The position numbers were made by a program, and so were the translations under genes. A stretch of DNA of 64,000 nucleotides from Candidatus Gottesmanbacteria bacterium GW2011_GWA2_43_14 (GTDB lineage Bacteria; Patescibacteriota; Microgenomatia; 2-02-FULL-39-11), in assembly GCA_000999095.1 (NCBI GenBank), contig LCFP01000001.1, forward strand, positions 10,230-74,229, read 5' to 3'. This document shows, one piece after another, positions 22,994 through 33,809 of the stretch; position 1 is the stretch's first letter; each line of letters opens with the position of its first letter. The notes under the pieces were generated by a model, which saw only the letters and a program-made list of their open reading frames with translations, was not told the DNA's origin and ran no database searches.

Positions 22994-24501
22994 TAAAAAT
23001 TTTTACTGAAACTTTCCAACGCCTTATTTAAATCCCTGCTAAGATCATCACTGATTTTTTCTTCGGTCCTGATTTTTTTCAAAATATCCTTATGCTGTGC
23101 ATTAAAGTATTCCAGCAGTCCTTCCTCAAAGTCACCGATTCTTCCGACAGGAATACTGTCCAAAAAACCATTGGTACCGGCAAAAAACAGGACGACCTGC
23201 TCTTCAACGCTCATAGGATTAAATTGTCCCTGTTTGAGAAGTTCGATCATCCGTGCACCCCGTTCAATCTGCTGCTTTGTTTTCTCATCCAGGTCTGTGG
23301 CAAACTGGGCAAAAGCAGCCAGGTCACGGTACTGTGCGAGATCAAGCCTGAGCCTGCCGGTAACCTGTTTCATGGCTTTAATTTGAGCGGCTCCACCGAC
23401 GCGGGAAACCGACAATCCGACATTGATGGCCGGACGGATACCTGCGTAAAACAAGTCGGATTCAAAATAAATTTGGCCGTCGGTAATGGAAATAACATTG
23501 GTAGGAATATAAGCCGACATGTCTCCGGCTTGGGTTTCGATAATCGGTAGGGAGGTTAAGGACCCGCCGCCGTATTTATCAGCCATCCTGGCACTTCTTT
23601 CCAAAAGTCTTGAGTGCAGGTAAAAAATATCACCGGGATAGGCTTCCCTTCCGGACGGTCTTCTCAATATCAGGGAAATCTGTCTATATGCCCAGGCATG
23701 CTTTGTCAGATCGTCATAAACTACCAGGGCGTCTTTTCCCTGGTCCATAAAAAATTCACCAATGGCAGTACCTGTGTAAGGGGCAATATACTGAAGTGAA
23801 GCCGGATCGGAAGCATTGGCAGCCACTACGATAGTATGTTCGATTGCATGATGGCGGTTAAAAAGATCTATTATTTGGGCAACCCGCGAAGATTTTTGTC
23901 CTATGGCTATATATATACAGATGACTTTTTTGCCTTTTTGATTGAGGATAGTGTCCAAAGTGACTGCAGTTTTACCCGTGCCGCGGTCGCCGATAATCAG
24001 TTCCCTTTGCCCGCGGCCGATGGGAATCATGCTGTCAATGGCTTTGATGCCTGTCTGAAGTGGTGTATTGACCGGCTGGCGTTTAACAACTCCGGGTGCC
24101 AATTTTTCAATGGGGTAGAATTTTTCGGTTTTAATGGAGCCTTTTCCGTCCAGAGGATTTCCCAGGGGGTCTATTACCCGGCCTATCAATTCATGGCCGA
24201 CTCCGATTGACAGCAATCTGCCTATTCCCCTGACACGGTCGCCTTCCTTAATATCCAGATAATTTCCCAGAATGACGATACCAACTTCTTTTTCCTCTAG
24301 GTTGATAGCCACTCCCAAAACCCCGCTCTCAAATTCAACCATTTCTGAATAGGATAAATCATCCAGACCTGAGACTTTAGCTACTCCGTCTGAGACTTCG
24401 ACCACATTTCCGATATAACCGGACTCAATTGTCGTTTTGACTTTATCAAGTTTTTTTAATAAATCACTGACAATAATGCTGGTAGAAATTTTATGAGCCA
24501 T
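22993..24501 (-). CDS. atpA: ATP synthase F1 alpha
   Basis: GDRGTGKT Walker A. Confidence 0.95.
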
Positions 24502-24506
24502 ATCTA

Positions 24507-24749
24507 TTATTTCAGAGAGTCTTTTATTTTTTGCAGATCCCTTATAACGGAAGCATCCAGGAACCAGTCTCCTACCCTGACCGTAAAACCGCCCAAAAGC
24601 TGCCTGTCCAGTTCATTGGTGATCGTAACTTCTTCACCGAACAGTACTCGCAGTTTCATTTCAAATTCATTCCGTTGCCCCGCAGTTAAAGGCACCACGC
24701 TTTTGACAACCGCGGTTTTTAGCTTACTTACGGATTCTCCGGTTTTCAT
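24507..24749 (-). CDS. atpH: ATP synthase delta (OSCP), C-terminal domain only (80 aa)
   Basis: [15 protein letters not shown]...[18 protein letters not shown] matches the delta C-domain. The N-terminal helical domain is absent, and the upstream frame hits a stop after 13 codons. Confidence 0.6.
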   Translation of the reverse strand: MKTGESVSKLKTAVVKSVVPLTAGQRNEFEMKLRVLFGEEVTITNELDRQLLGGFTVRVGDWFLDASVIRDLQKIKDSLK

Positions 24750-25249
24750 TATGCTTTTAATTTTCCCGAGACATCTTTGAGTTTTCTGTCAATCAAAGCC
24801 TTGTGGGCTGATTCTGACAGTGATTCCTTAATAACTTTCTCAACTATCTTCTCGGCAATTTCGACCGCTTTAACTTTTAGCTCTTTTTCCAATTCTTCCT
24901 TCAAAGCCTCGCTGTCACGCCTGGCCCTGGCATTAATCTCCTGGGCTTGCACATTTGCCTCATCAACTATTTCCGCTTCCTGCTTTTTAGCCGCTTTCTT
25001 GGTTTCTTCCAGAATTTTACGGGCATCTGCTCTGGCTTTACTGACAATTTCCTCCCGCTTCTTTTCACTTTTTTCAAATTCTGCTTTTGTCTTTTCACTG
25101 AATTCCACACCTTCCTCGATTTTTTTCTTGCGTTCAGCCAGCATTTGTAAAATCGGCTTATAAAGGAATTTCTTTAAAACCAAAAGTAGTATCAGGAAAT
25201 TAAGAGCCTGTAAAAGAAATGGTATTGGTTGTATGCCTAAACTCTCCAT
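24749..25249 (-). CDS. atpF: ATP synthase Fo subunit b
   Basis: N-terminal transmembrane helix followed by a long charged coiled-coil. TAATG overlap with atpH. Confidence 0.75.
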   Translation of the reverse strand: MESLGIQPIPFLLQALNFLILLLVLKKFLYKPILQMLAERKKKIEEGVEFSEKTKAEFEKSEKKREEIVSKARADARKILEETKKAAKKQEAEIVDEANVQAQEINARARRDSEALKEELEKELKVKAVEIAEKIVEKVIKESLSESAHKALIDRKLKDVSGKLKA

Positions 25250-25272
25250 AATATAACTGCCTGTCTGCCTCT

Positions 25273-25515
<243 letters not shown>

Positions 25516-25557
25516 TTAACTATTAACTTTAACAATCTTGATAAACTTATATATTAT

Positions 25558-26433
25558 TTAATGCCCCTCTTTGCTTACAGCCAATGAAAAGAAGACTGCA
25601 GCCAAAAGCGGGAACACTAAAGCCTGGATAAAACCGACAAACAGTTCCAGTCCCAAAAAGGGAATAGGTGCAAGTAACGGCATCAAAAAAGCAATTACCG
25701 TGAGCAGCACTTCTCCGGCAAAGATGTTGCCGAACAGCCTGAAAGAAAACGAAATGATTCTGGCAAATTCCGATACCAGCTCCAGAATACCGACCACAAA
25801 ATTAATGGGATTGGAGATATTAATAAATTTTTTAACATAATTCATTTTCAAAGCGGAGAGACCGGCAAATTGAATATAACCCATGGTGAGGATGGCTAAA
25901 GCCAGTGTTGTATTCAAATCAGCTGAGCCTGATCTCAACAGGGGCACAAAAATCTTTTGATCTTCATTGCTTTTTCCATCAAACCAATCAGTTTGTGCTT
26001 TAACTTCTCGGCTGACTGCGGATTCGCCCGCATTTTTGTCTTCTTCCGCTAGTATTACTTCGGAGGCGCTGGCAGATCGGATAATGCCCGCATGAACTTC
26101 CTCTTCTTCATAAATGCCGATTGTTCCAACTCCGGGCAGTAATCCTGACCAGTTGTTGAAAATAATAAACAGGAATAAAGTCATTAAAAACGGAAAAAAT
26201 TTGGCATTGTTCTCATGTAGTATTTCCTCAAATAGGTCATGGATACCGCCGATAATGGCTTCCATTATTGACTGCAGATAACCGGGGATCAATTTTATGC
26301 CTGAAGATACTTTCAGAGCCAAAATAATTAATACGGCCATTACCAGCCAGGTCGTCAGCAGGGAATTGGATACCGGTATACCCATAAAAGTAAAGATTGT
26401 TTCAGCGCTTAAAGATATGTGAATCGATGGCAT
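25558..26433 (-). CDS. atpB: ATP synthase Fo subunit a, with an acidic insertion
   Basis: C-terminal R-containing helix (...FSFRLFGNIFAGE...). Confidence 0.8.
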   Translation of the reverse strand: MPSIHISLSAETIFTFMGIPVSNSLLTTWLVMAVLIILALKVSSGIKLIPGYLQSIMEAIIGGIHDLFEEILHENNAKFFPFLMTLFLFIIFNNWSGLLPGVGTIGIYEEEEVHAGIIRSASASEVILAEEDKNAGESAVSREVKAQTDWFDGKSNEDQKIFVPLLRSGSADLNTTLALAILTMGYIQFAGLSALKMNYVKKFINISNPINFVVGILELVSEFARIISFSFRLFGNIFAGEVLLTVIAFLMPLLAPIPFLGLELFVGFIQALVFPLLAAVFFSLAVSKEGH

Positions 26434-26449
26434 ATATTAATTCAAACCG

Positions 26450-26728
26450 TTACTCCTGAGTCATATTTCTTATTGAACGGTACATGCTGTAAAGTCCGAC
26501 TATTAATCCTGTAAAAATCAAAGAGAGAGTCAGTCTAGGAGAGGTATTTAATTCCCTATCCAAATAGGAGCCCAATAAGGCTCCACCGACGAGAGGAACG
26601 ACGAGAGCAAAACCCAAATCTGATGCTAATTTAAATCCGTATACAATATTTCTTACTTCGGATGTATCTTTTTGTGCTGTTGCTTTCTTCTTCTCCGCAA
26701 TTCCCCGCTCTTTAGCTTTTGTTTTCAC
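26450..26728 (-). CDS. AtpI/AtpZ-like small membrane protein
   Basis: 92 aa with 2 TM, sitting at the head of the atp operon. Confidence 0.5.
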   Translation of the reverse strand: MKTKAKERGIAEKKKATAQKDTSEVRNIVYGFKLASDLGFALVVPLVGGALLGSYLDRELNTSPRLTLSLIFTGLIVGLYSMYRSIRNMTQE

Positions 26729-26804
26729 TCTTTAATTATGGTTTTATTTTAGATTGGCGAATGAAACCAGTCAAGATGCCGTCACGATGCACCTGAAATG
26801 CCTT

Positions 26805-29800
26805 TCAAACCATCAGTTTGGCATCATCGACAAGGACAGCCAGCCGGTCGTCTTTTTCGCTGACTTTGCCTTTTACCAAAACAACTTTATCGGAAATCCA
26901 GGTGAATTTGGTCCGTTCAAAAACCGTAGGGAAGACAACCAATTCTATTGACCCGGTAAAGTCGTCTATTTTGACGAATGCCATTTCCTGTCCGCCATTT
27001 CTGGTAGTAATTTTTTTTACCTGGGTTATGATGCCGCCCACAACAACAGTTGATTTGACCTGACTGGCCAGCATGTTGAGTCTGTGCGAGACTCTTTTCT
27101 CCAATTCATTTATCTGGTTGGAAAGAGGGTGTTCCGTGATATAAAAACCTAAAAATTGTTTTTCGAAAAGCAAAAGCTCCTCCCTGGAAAGTTCTTCCAT
27201 CTCCGGCAGGTGGTCGGTGATTTCTTCGCTCTCGTCGGTCACAAACAGACTGACCTGGCCGCTGTCTTTTTTCATCTGTCCCTTGTGCACTCTTTCAATA
27301 ATTTCCGAAAAAGCAGCCAGAAGCGAGGATCTTTTACCGAACTGGTCCATGGCTCCCGCTTTTATCAGGCTTTCCACCGTTTTCCGGTTGACTTTGGACA
27401 AGTCTACCCTGGTGATGAAATCGGTAAAAGATTTGAAATCGCCATTTTTATCCCTGGTTGCCAGGATGGAATCGATAGCTGCCGTTCCCACATTTTTAAT
27501 GGCCGAAAGCCCGAACCTGATTTTGCCTCCGGCATCTTCGTCGCTCTCAATTTTAAACTCGACATCAGACTTGTTGATGTTCGGTCGAAGTAGGCTGATC
27601 TTCATCCTGCGGCATTCGAGAATCGCCTGGGCAATTTTATCGTCACGGGCAGGTCCCGATGCACCGCGGCTTTCTGCAGCCAGAACAGCCGTCATAAACT
27701 CGACCGGGAATTTCTGTTTCATATAGGCGGTCTGGTAAACTATCAAAGCGTAGGAAGCTGAATGGGCTTTATTGAAGCCGTAGCCGACAAACTTTTCGAT
27801 CAAGGAAAAGATCTTTTCCGCCATCTCATCCGACAAACCCCTTTTGGCACATCCTTTGATGAACTTTTCCTTTTCCTTTTTCATGACTTCCCTTTTTTTC
27901 TTGCCGATGGCCATCCTGAGTTTATCGGCCTCCACCATGGAATAACCTGCCATTTTATTGGCGATCAACATGCATTGTTCCTGGTAGACGGCAATGCCGT
28001 AGGTTTCAGCCAGAATTGATTTCAAATCAGGGTGGATGTATTTGATTTTGCGGGGATTTTCCTTGGATTCGATAAAAGTCGGGATCCACTCCATCGGGCC
28101 AGGCCGGAAAAGGGCAACCATGGCGGAGATATCGGTAAATTTTGTCGGTTTCAAATCCCTGGCCAGTCTGCGCATACCGGATGATTCCATCTGGAAAATG
28201 CCCGTTGTCTCCCCGGAAGAAATCAATTTAAAGACGGCTGCATCATCCAAAGGCAGGTTGCGCAAATCAATGTCAATTTGCTTGGTAGCCTTTACGAACT
28301 TGATGGCATTTTCCAGGATTGTCAGGTTCCTCAAACCCAAAAGGTCCATTTTGAGAAGCCCGACCGCCTTGCCGTCTGCCGCATTCAGGTCCAAACAATA
28401 CATGTCATATTGGGTAATAATGCGCTGCCCTTTGGTTTCCCGTTGAAGAGGGGTATATTCTGTCAGCGGTTTGTCGGAAATTACCACTCCGGCCGCATGG
28501 ACTGAAGCGTGGCGGGCTACCCCTTCGAGTTTCCTGGCCAGATCAATCAGTTTCTTGGTCTCCGGTTCGTTTTGGTAAGCCTGCGACAGTTCAGGTGATG
28601 TCTGCACGGCTTTATCTATGGTCATGGGAAACCCCTGTGCACCGGGCGGTATTAATTTGGCTATCCTGTCGGGTTGGGCATAGGGCATCCCTAATGCCCT
28701 GCCGACATCGCGGATGGCTGCCCTGGCCTCCATTGTCCCGAATGTAATAATCTGTGCCACCCTGTCATTGCCGTATTTTTCAGTGACATAAGCGATAACT
28801 TCATCCCTGCGGGTATCGGCAAAATCAAGATCAATATCCGGCGGTGACGGACGGTCAGGGTTTAAAAACCGTTCAAAAGGCAGGTTGTGCCTGATCGGAT
28901 CAAGTTCGGTAATGCCGGTTGAATAGGCGACCAGACTGCCGGCTGCCGAGCCCCTGCCGGGCCCGACGGCAATTTCCTGTTTTTTAGCCCAGTTGACGAA
29001 ATCAGCCACAATCAGAAAATAAGTAGAATAGCCTTTCTTGGCAATAATGTTGAGTTCATAGTCCAGCCTTTTCTGAAGTTCCTCAGTCATATGCCCGTAG
29101 CGCTCTTTAACCCCGGCTGTGGCTGTTTTAGTCAGGAAAGATTCAGCTGTTTCGTCTTTGGGGACTTCAAACTGGGGTAAAATCCAGTTACCAAGGTCAA
29201 TTTCTACATTGCACTCGGCAGCTATTTTAACGGTATTTTCAATAGCCTCCGGGTATTGGATAAACAATCCCGTCATTTCTTCCTTGGACTTCAAATAAAA
29301 ATCCGGTGAATCGATCATGGAAATGGGGCGTTTCGGTTCGAGGATTGTATGCTGCGTTTGGACGCATAAGAGGATTTCCTGTGCGTAGGCGTCCTCCGGC
29401 ATAATATAATGTATATCGTTGGTAGCCACCAGTGGTATTCCCAGTTTGCGGGAAAGCGCAATCAGCTTCTCATTAACTTCATCCTGCTCCGGAAATTTAG
29501 GATGCTTCTGAAGCTCGAAATAATAGTCTTTGCCGAAAATCTCCAGAAATTCTTTGGCTTTCCTTTCGGCAGTCTCCTCCTGTTTGTGCAATAATAGTTG
29601 GGGCACCTGGCCGTTGAGGCAACCCGACAGGCAAATCAATCCCTCACTGTGCTCGTTCAGTATCTCCAGGTCGATTCGCGGTTTGTAGTAATATCCTTCC
29701 AGATTGGCGTGGCTAACCAGCTTCATCAGATTGTGGTAGCCTGTATTATTTTTGGCCAGCAGTAAAAGATGATGCTGGTCATTATCAGTTCCGTTCTGCT

Positions 29801-30032
29801 TTTCCAGACGTGAACGGGCCGCCTGGTAGGCTTCGACGCCGATGATCGGTTTGATGCCGGCCTCTCTGGCTGCAAGGTAGAATTTGATCACTCCGTACAT
29901 CGAGCCGTGATCGGTAATGGCCAGGGAATCCATGCCGAGTTCGCGGGTTCTGGCCAGCAAGTCTTTGATCTTGGCCAAACCGTCCAAAAGCGAAAATTCC
30001 GTATGGCAGTGCAGATGTACAAAATCAGACAT
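26805..30032 (-). CDS. dnaE: DNA polymerase III alpha subunit. The start was moved to MSDFVHLHCHTE; the track start at 30068 overlaps the upstream gene.
   Basis: PHP domain HLHCHTEFSLLDG, polymerase core and OB fold. Confidence 0.9.
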   Translation of the reverse strand: MSDFVHLHCHTEFSLLDGLAKIKDLLARTRELGMDSLAITDHGSMYGVIKFYLAAREAGIKPIIGVEAYQAARSRLEKQNGTDNDQHHLLLLAKNNTGYHNLMKLVSHANLEGYYYKPRIDLEILNEHSEGLICLSGCLNGQVPQLLLHKQEETAERKAKEFLEIFGKDYYFELQKHPKFPEQDEVNEKLIALSRKLGIPLVATNDIHYIMPEDAYAQEILLCVQTQHTILEPKRPISMIDSPDFYLKSKEEMTGLFIQYPEAIENTVKIAAECNVEIDLGNWILPQFEVPKDETAESFLTKTATAGVKERYGHMTEELQKRLDYELNIIAKKGYSTYFLIVADFVNWAKKQEIAVGPGRGSAAGSLVAYSTGITELDPIRHNLPFERFLNPDRPSPPDIDLDFADTRRDEVIAYVTEKYGNDRVAQIITFGTMEARAAIRDVGRALGMPYAQPDRIAKLIPPGAQGFPMTIDKAVQTSPELSQAYQNEPETKKLIDLARKLEGVARHASVHAAGVVISDKPLTEYTPLQRETKGQRIITQYDMYCLDLNAADGKAVGLLKMDLLGLRNLTILENAIKFVKATKQIDIDLRNLPLDDAAVFKLISSGETTGIFQMESSGMRRLARDLKPTKFTDISAMVALFRPGPMEWIPTFIESKENPRKIKYIHPDLKSILAETYGIAVYQEQCMLIANKMAGYSMVEADKLRMAIGKKKREVMKKEKEKFIKGCAKRGLSDEMAEKIFSLIEKFVGYGFNKAHSASYALIVYQTAYMKQKFPVEFMTAVLAAESRGASGPARDDKIAQAILECRRMKISLLRPNINKSDVEFKIESDEDAGGKIRFGLSAIKNVGTAAIDSILATRDKNGDFKSFTDFITRVDLSKVNRKTVESLIKAGAMDQFGKRSSLLAAFSEIIERVHKGQMKKDSGQVSLFVTDESEEITDHLPEMEELSREELLLFEKQFLGFYITEHPLSNQINELEKRVSHRLNMLASQVKSTVVVGGIITQVKKITTRNGGQEMAFVKIDDFTGSIELVVFPTVFERTKFTWISDKVVLVKGKVSEKDDRLAVLVDDAKLMV

Positions 30033-30033
30033 T

Positions 30034-31056
30034 TTATTTCGGTCCGGCTTTTTTAAGACAAAATTCAATTACTTTTTTGTTTGCTTCCGTTGTTTGGGGA
30101 TTTAATTCCTTCATAATTTGTTCCAAAGGTTTTTCTTTTTTTATTCCCTTATTAATAATTTGAAATGATTGACTCATTAATAATGCGGTATCAATAATTT
30201 TTCTGCGAATTTCAAAATAAGTTAATTCGGAAAAATCTGGATTTTCATTTACCAGATAATTGATGACTTCCCTGAAAGTTGTAAATCCATCGGAAAAATT
30301 TATTGGCTCACCGCTTATCTGTTTTTCCGGATGATCTTGTCTTTTAACATCGCTAATTCCATAAGGCAAACCATCATCCCGGATAATTTGCATGGCTTTA
30401 GCTATCTCAGCATCATTACTTATTCCGGGCATGATAAGCATATTTTCATCCCCCCGGTATATTCTACCGGCGATACCGCCGGAAGATCTTAAAGCATTGG
30501 CCACAGCCTGGATCGCCCCGTTACCAAAATTATATCCAGGTTTATTATGTTTTTTTAGATTATCCAAATCAATAAAACAAATAGCGCTGTCACTTTCTCC
30601 CATCAGGAAATGTTCCAGCATTTCTTCCATACCCCTGACCATAAATCCTCTGTTGTATAAGCCTGTAGATTCATCTCTGATGCTATTGTTTTCCCAACCT
30701 AAATCTTTATCTATAAGCCTTACTGCGACTCCTCTGACCGCAGGCAAAGGCACATTCTGATTAATTAAAGTTTTCAACAGGTAAATATCTTCATCCAAAT
30801 CTTCCTTTTTGGATTTTTCTTTAAATACTCCACGGTAAATATATGTATCTCCGGCCTCATCTCTTTCGGTTAAGGCCTCTCTCATAACCTGATTGAGCCT
30901 ATCAGTCCTTTCCTGATTTACGCTATCCGGATCAAGCCAGAATAAAACACTCTTCCTGGCTTCAGGATAAGGTCCTTCAGCGACTAATTTTTTAGCAATT
31001 TCAGTCCGGGTTAATTCGAAGTTATTAAGTGGTATAAGCTCACTTTGCATTAACAC
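30034..31056 (-). CDS. Degenerate GGDEF-domain protein (RGDEN in place of GGDEF) with an ~120-aa N-terminal extension. The stop sits 1 nt before the dnaE start codon.
   Basis: DESTGLYNRGFM...ICFIDLDNLKKHN...GNGAIQAVANAL...RIYRGDENMLIMPG follows GGDEF topology with the signature glycine replaced. Confidence 0.6.
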   Translation of the reverse strand: MLMQSELIPLNNFELTRTEIAKKLVAEGPYPEARKSVLFWLDPDSVNQERTDRLNQVMREALTERDEAGDTYIYRGVFKEKSKKEDLDEDIYLLKTLINQNVPLPAVRGVAVRLIDKDLGWENNSIRDESTGLYNRGFMVRGMEEMLEHFLMGESDSAICFIDLDNLKKHNKPGYNFGNGAIQAVANALRSSGGIAGRIYRGDENMLIMPGISNDAEIAKAMQIIRDDGLPYGISDVKRQDHPEKQISGEPINFSDGFTTFREVINYLVNENPDFSELTYFEIRRKIIDTALLMSQSFQIINKGIKKEKPLEQIMKELNPQTTEANKKVIEFCLKKAGPK

Positions 31057-31059
31057 ACC

Positions 31060-32397
31060 CTATTTTAGTTTAGTTTCCAATATTTTACGAGTGGTGTTTG
31101 CATCAGCGCGACCCCGCGTCTCCCTCATGACCTGGCCAAGAAGGAACATCATGGCTGTTTCTTTTCCGGCCCTGTAATCGGCAACTGCTTTGGGATTGGA
31201 ACTGATTATTTTAGAAATAATTTCCTCCAGCTCCTTATCCGGCATGGAAGAAACTTGTGACTTGGATTGGATCAGTTTAACCAGTTCTTCCGGAGATAAT
31301 TTCTTAATATCCGCTTTTTTGTTGATTATCCAGTTGGTTATTGTTTTTGCGGGCACGGTTTTGCTTATGGCGGCTTTTTCAAAATAAGCGGCAACCGCTT
31401 TTTCATCTGTCAGGATGACGGCATCATATTCGGACAAAACGTATTCTTTAATAAATCTGGTCAATTTCCGGTCAGGCAGTTCCGGAATCTGCGATTTGAA
31501 GGAATTGATTTGTGATTTCTGCCAGCGGATCGGAGGAATATCAGGCTCCGGAAAATAACGGTAATCCTGGGCTTCTTCTTTGGATCTTTGCGAAAAGGTG
31601 ATACCTTTCTTTTCGTCCCAACCGCGGGTTTCCTGTTCAGGCAGACTGCCCGTTTCCAGAATGGCTATATGCCTGTTAACTTCGTAATCAATGGCTTTTT
31701 TGGCAAAGGAAAAAGAATTTATGTTCTTGACTTCGACTTTATAGGGAGGCAGTTCGCCTGCCCTCGATTTGCTGACTTCACTGACTGAAATATTGGGCTC
31801 AAGTCTCATGGTGCCTTTCTCCATATCGGCATCGGAGATTTCCAGGTAGCGTATTATCTGATGGAGCTTTTTCAGAAAAATTCTGGCCTCTTCACTTGAC
31901 CGCAAATCCGGCTCGGTGACTATCTCGACCAGAGGCACTCCGCTGCGGTTGAAATCGATCAATGAGACTTTTTTACCGTCCACCGTGGCATGCATTAACT
32001 TGCCGGTGTCTTCTTCCAGATGCACCCTGGTTATGCCGATCCTTTTCTTTTCTTTTCCCGAAGTGATGTTCAAATAACCGCCGACGGCAAACGGCTGGTC
32101 GTACTGGGATATCTGATAACCCTTCGGCAGATCCGGGTAAAAATAATTCTTGCGGTCGAATTTGGAAAATAGGGGGATATCGCAATTCAGGGCTAGCCCC
32201 AATATGATGCACCACTCTACCGCCTTGCGGTTGGGAACAGGTAGCGCTCCGGGCAATCCCAAACAGACCGGACAGGTATAAATGTTGGGTTTGGGAGCTC
32301 CGAAAGGGTCATTTTTACAGCCGCAAAACATCTTGGAGGCGGTCTTCAGCTCCACATGTATTTCCATACCGATTATAGGATGGTAGTTTTTATTCAT
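31060..32397 (-). CDS. gatB: Asp/Glu-tRNA amidotransferase subunit B
   Basis: MEIHVELKT..KMFCGC. Confidence 0.9.
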   Translation of the reverse strand: MNKNYHPIIGMEIHVELKTASKMFCGCKNDPFGAPKPNIYTCPVCLGLPGALPVPNRKAVEWCIILGLALNCDIPLFSKFDRKNYFYPDLPKGYQISQYDQPFAVGGYLNITSGKEKKRIGITRVHLEEDTGKLMHATVDGKKVSLIDFNRSGVPLVEIVTEPDLRSSEEARIFLKKLHQIIRYLEISDADMEKGTMRLEPNISVSEVSKSRAGELPPYKVEVKNINSFSFAKKAIDYEVNRHIAILETGSLPEQETRGWDEKKGITFSQRSKEEAQDYRYFPEPDIPPIRWQKSQINSFKSQIPELPDRKLTRFIKEYVLSEYDAVILTDEKAVAAYFEKAAISKTVPAKTITNWIINKKADIKKLSPEELVKLIQSKSQVSSMPDKELEEIISKIISSNPKAVADYRAGKETAMMFLLGQVMRETRGRADANTTRKILETKLK

Positions 32398-33809
32398 TAT
32401 GAAATCATTTCAGGCTTCTTTTTGTGCCAATCAGTTACCAGTTGGTACTGATGTCCGATATTAAGCAATATTTCTTCAGTAAACATTTTGCCTATAAGTT
32501 GCATGCCAATCGGCAGTTTATTTTTAGTAAAGCCGCATGGAACCGCCAATGAAGGCACACCTACAGGATTTTGGGTTACGGTATAAAAATCTGCCAACAA
32601 ATTCTGGAGCGGATCACCTATCAATTCTCCGATAACAGTCGGCGGAGTAGGATTAACCGGCATAAGAATTGCGTCAAATTTCGAAAGGATATCCTGATAG
32701 GCTTTGATAAATAATGTTCTGGCCTTTTGGGCTTTCCGGTAAAAAGCATCATAATAACCTGCTGATAAAGCGTATGTTCCGATCATGATCCGGCGCATAG
32801 TTTCTTCGGTGAAATTTGACCTGTCATTACCATATCTGATACCGTCGTATCTGGCTAAATTCGAGCTGGTTTCACAGGGTGCGATTACATAATAAACAGC
32901 CAATCCGTAGTCAAAAATCGGCATCGATACTTCCTCAACAGCTACCCCAAGAAAGTTAAATTTTTCAGCTGCCTCTAATATGGCGTTTTTAATCTCAGGA
33001 TCAAGTCCTTTTCCCAATAAATCTTTCGGCAAAGCAATTTTTTTTCCTTTTAGAGTTTTGTCCAGGGAAGCCGTATAAGTTGGTACGGGATTAAGGGAAC
33101 TGGTGGCATCATAAGGATCTTTTCCTGCAATCCTCTCCAGGATAATAGCGCAGTCTTCGGCTGTTTTTCCCATAGGTCCGACTGTATCAAAAGACGATGC
33201 ATAGGCAATTGATCCGTATCTTGATACCCGGCCGTAGCTTACTTTTAGTCCTGTTATGTTGCACCAGGCTGCAGGATTTCTGATTGAACCTCCTGTATCT
33301 TCTCCTATAGCGAATACTGACATGCGTCCGGCTAGAGCTGCTGCCGGACCTCCGCTTGATCCACCAGCAACACGCGTTAAATCCCAGGGATTATGGGTCG
33401 GTGCAAAATCAGTATTTTCAGTACTTCCGCCATGACCCCAGGCATCCTGATTCATTTTTCCGATTAAAACCGCTCCCAAATCATTGAGTTTTTTATAGAC
33501 TGTTGCATTATATTGAGGAATATAGTCAGCTAAAACGTTTGAGGCACAGGTTGTTCTAATTCCGCGGGTTACATAGGCATCTTTTAAGACGAAGGGTATA
33601 CCGCAAAGAAGATCGCTAACTTTGTGTTCTGCATCTATTGCTTTGGCTTTTTTTAAGACAGATTTTTTATCGAGGACGGTAATGGCCGAATTAATTTCAG
33701 AATCATATTTTTCAATATTTTTATATGTCTCTTCAATAATTTCAACACAGGAATAATCCCTTCTTTTCAGGCCTGAGTGTATTTCCTTTATTGTCTTATC
33801 GGTTATCAT
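32397..33809 (-). CDS. gatA: Asp/Glu-tRNA amidotransferase subunit A (amidase)
   Basis: Amidase signature GGSSGG. Confidence 0.9.
   Translation of the reverse strand: MITDKTIKEIHSGLKRRDYSCVEIIEETYKNIEKYDSEINSAITVLDKKSVLKKAKAIDAEHKVSDLLCGIPFVLKDAYVTRGIRTTCASNVLADYIPQYNATVYKKLNDLGAVLIGKMNQDAWGHGGSTENTDFAPTHNPWDLTRVAGGSSGGPAAALAGRMSVFAIGEDTGGSIRNPAAWCNITGLKVSYGRVSRYGSIAYASSFDTVGPMGKTAEDCAIILERIAGKDPYDATSSLNPVPTYTASLDKTLKGKKIALPKDLLGKGLDPEIKNAILEAAEKFNFLGVAVEEVSMPIFDYGLAVYYVIAPCETSSNLARYDGIRYGNDRSNFTEETMRRIMIGTYALSAGYYDAFYRKAQKARTLFIKAYQDILSKFDAILMPVNPTPPTVIGELIGDPLQNLLADFYTVTQNPVGVPSLAVPCGFTKNKLPIGMQLIGKMFTEEILLNIGHQYQLVTDWHKKKPEMIS

Noticed and set aside
24777-25163. Long antisense/out-of-frame ORFs overlapping real genes (e.g. 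24777..25163, 39292..39717, 18410..18955, 16514..16912, 34833..35294)
   Set aside because: Their low-complexity, Ser/Leu/Phe-rich translations are shadow ORFs of strongly supported genes on the opposite strand. None has recognisable motifs.
30034-30068. 35-nt overlap between the GGDEF-like gene and the track's dnaE start (MNFVLKKPDRNK...)
   Set aside because: The canonical DnaE N-terminus begins at the internal Met (MSDFVHLHCHTE), which gives a 1-nt intergenic gap instead. The overlap is an ORF-finder artefact.
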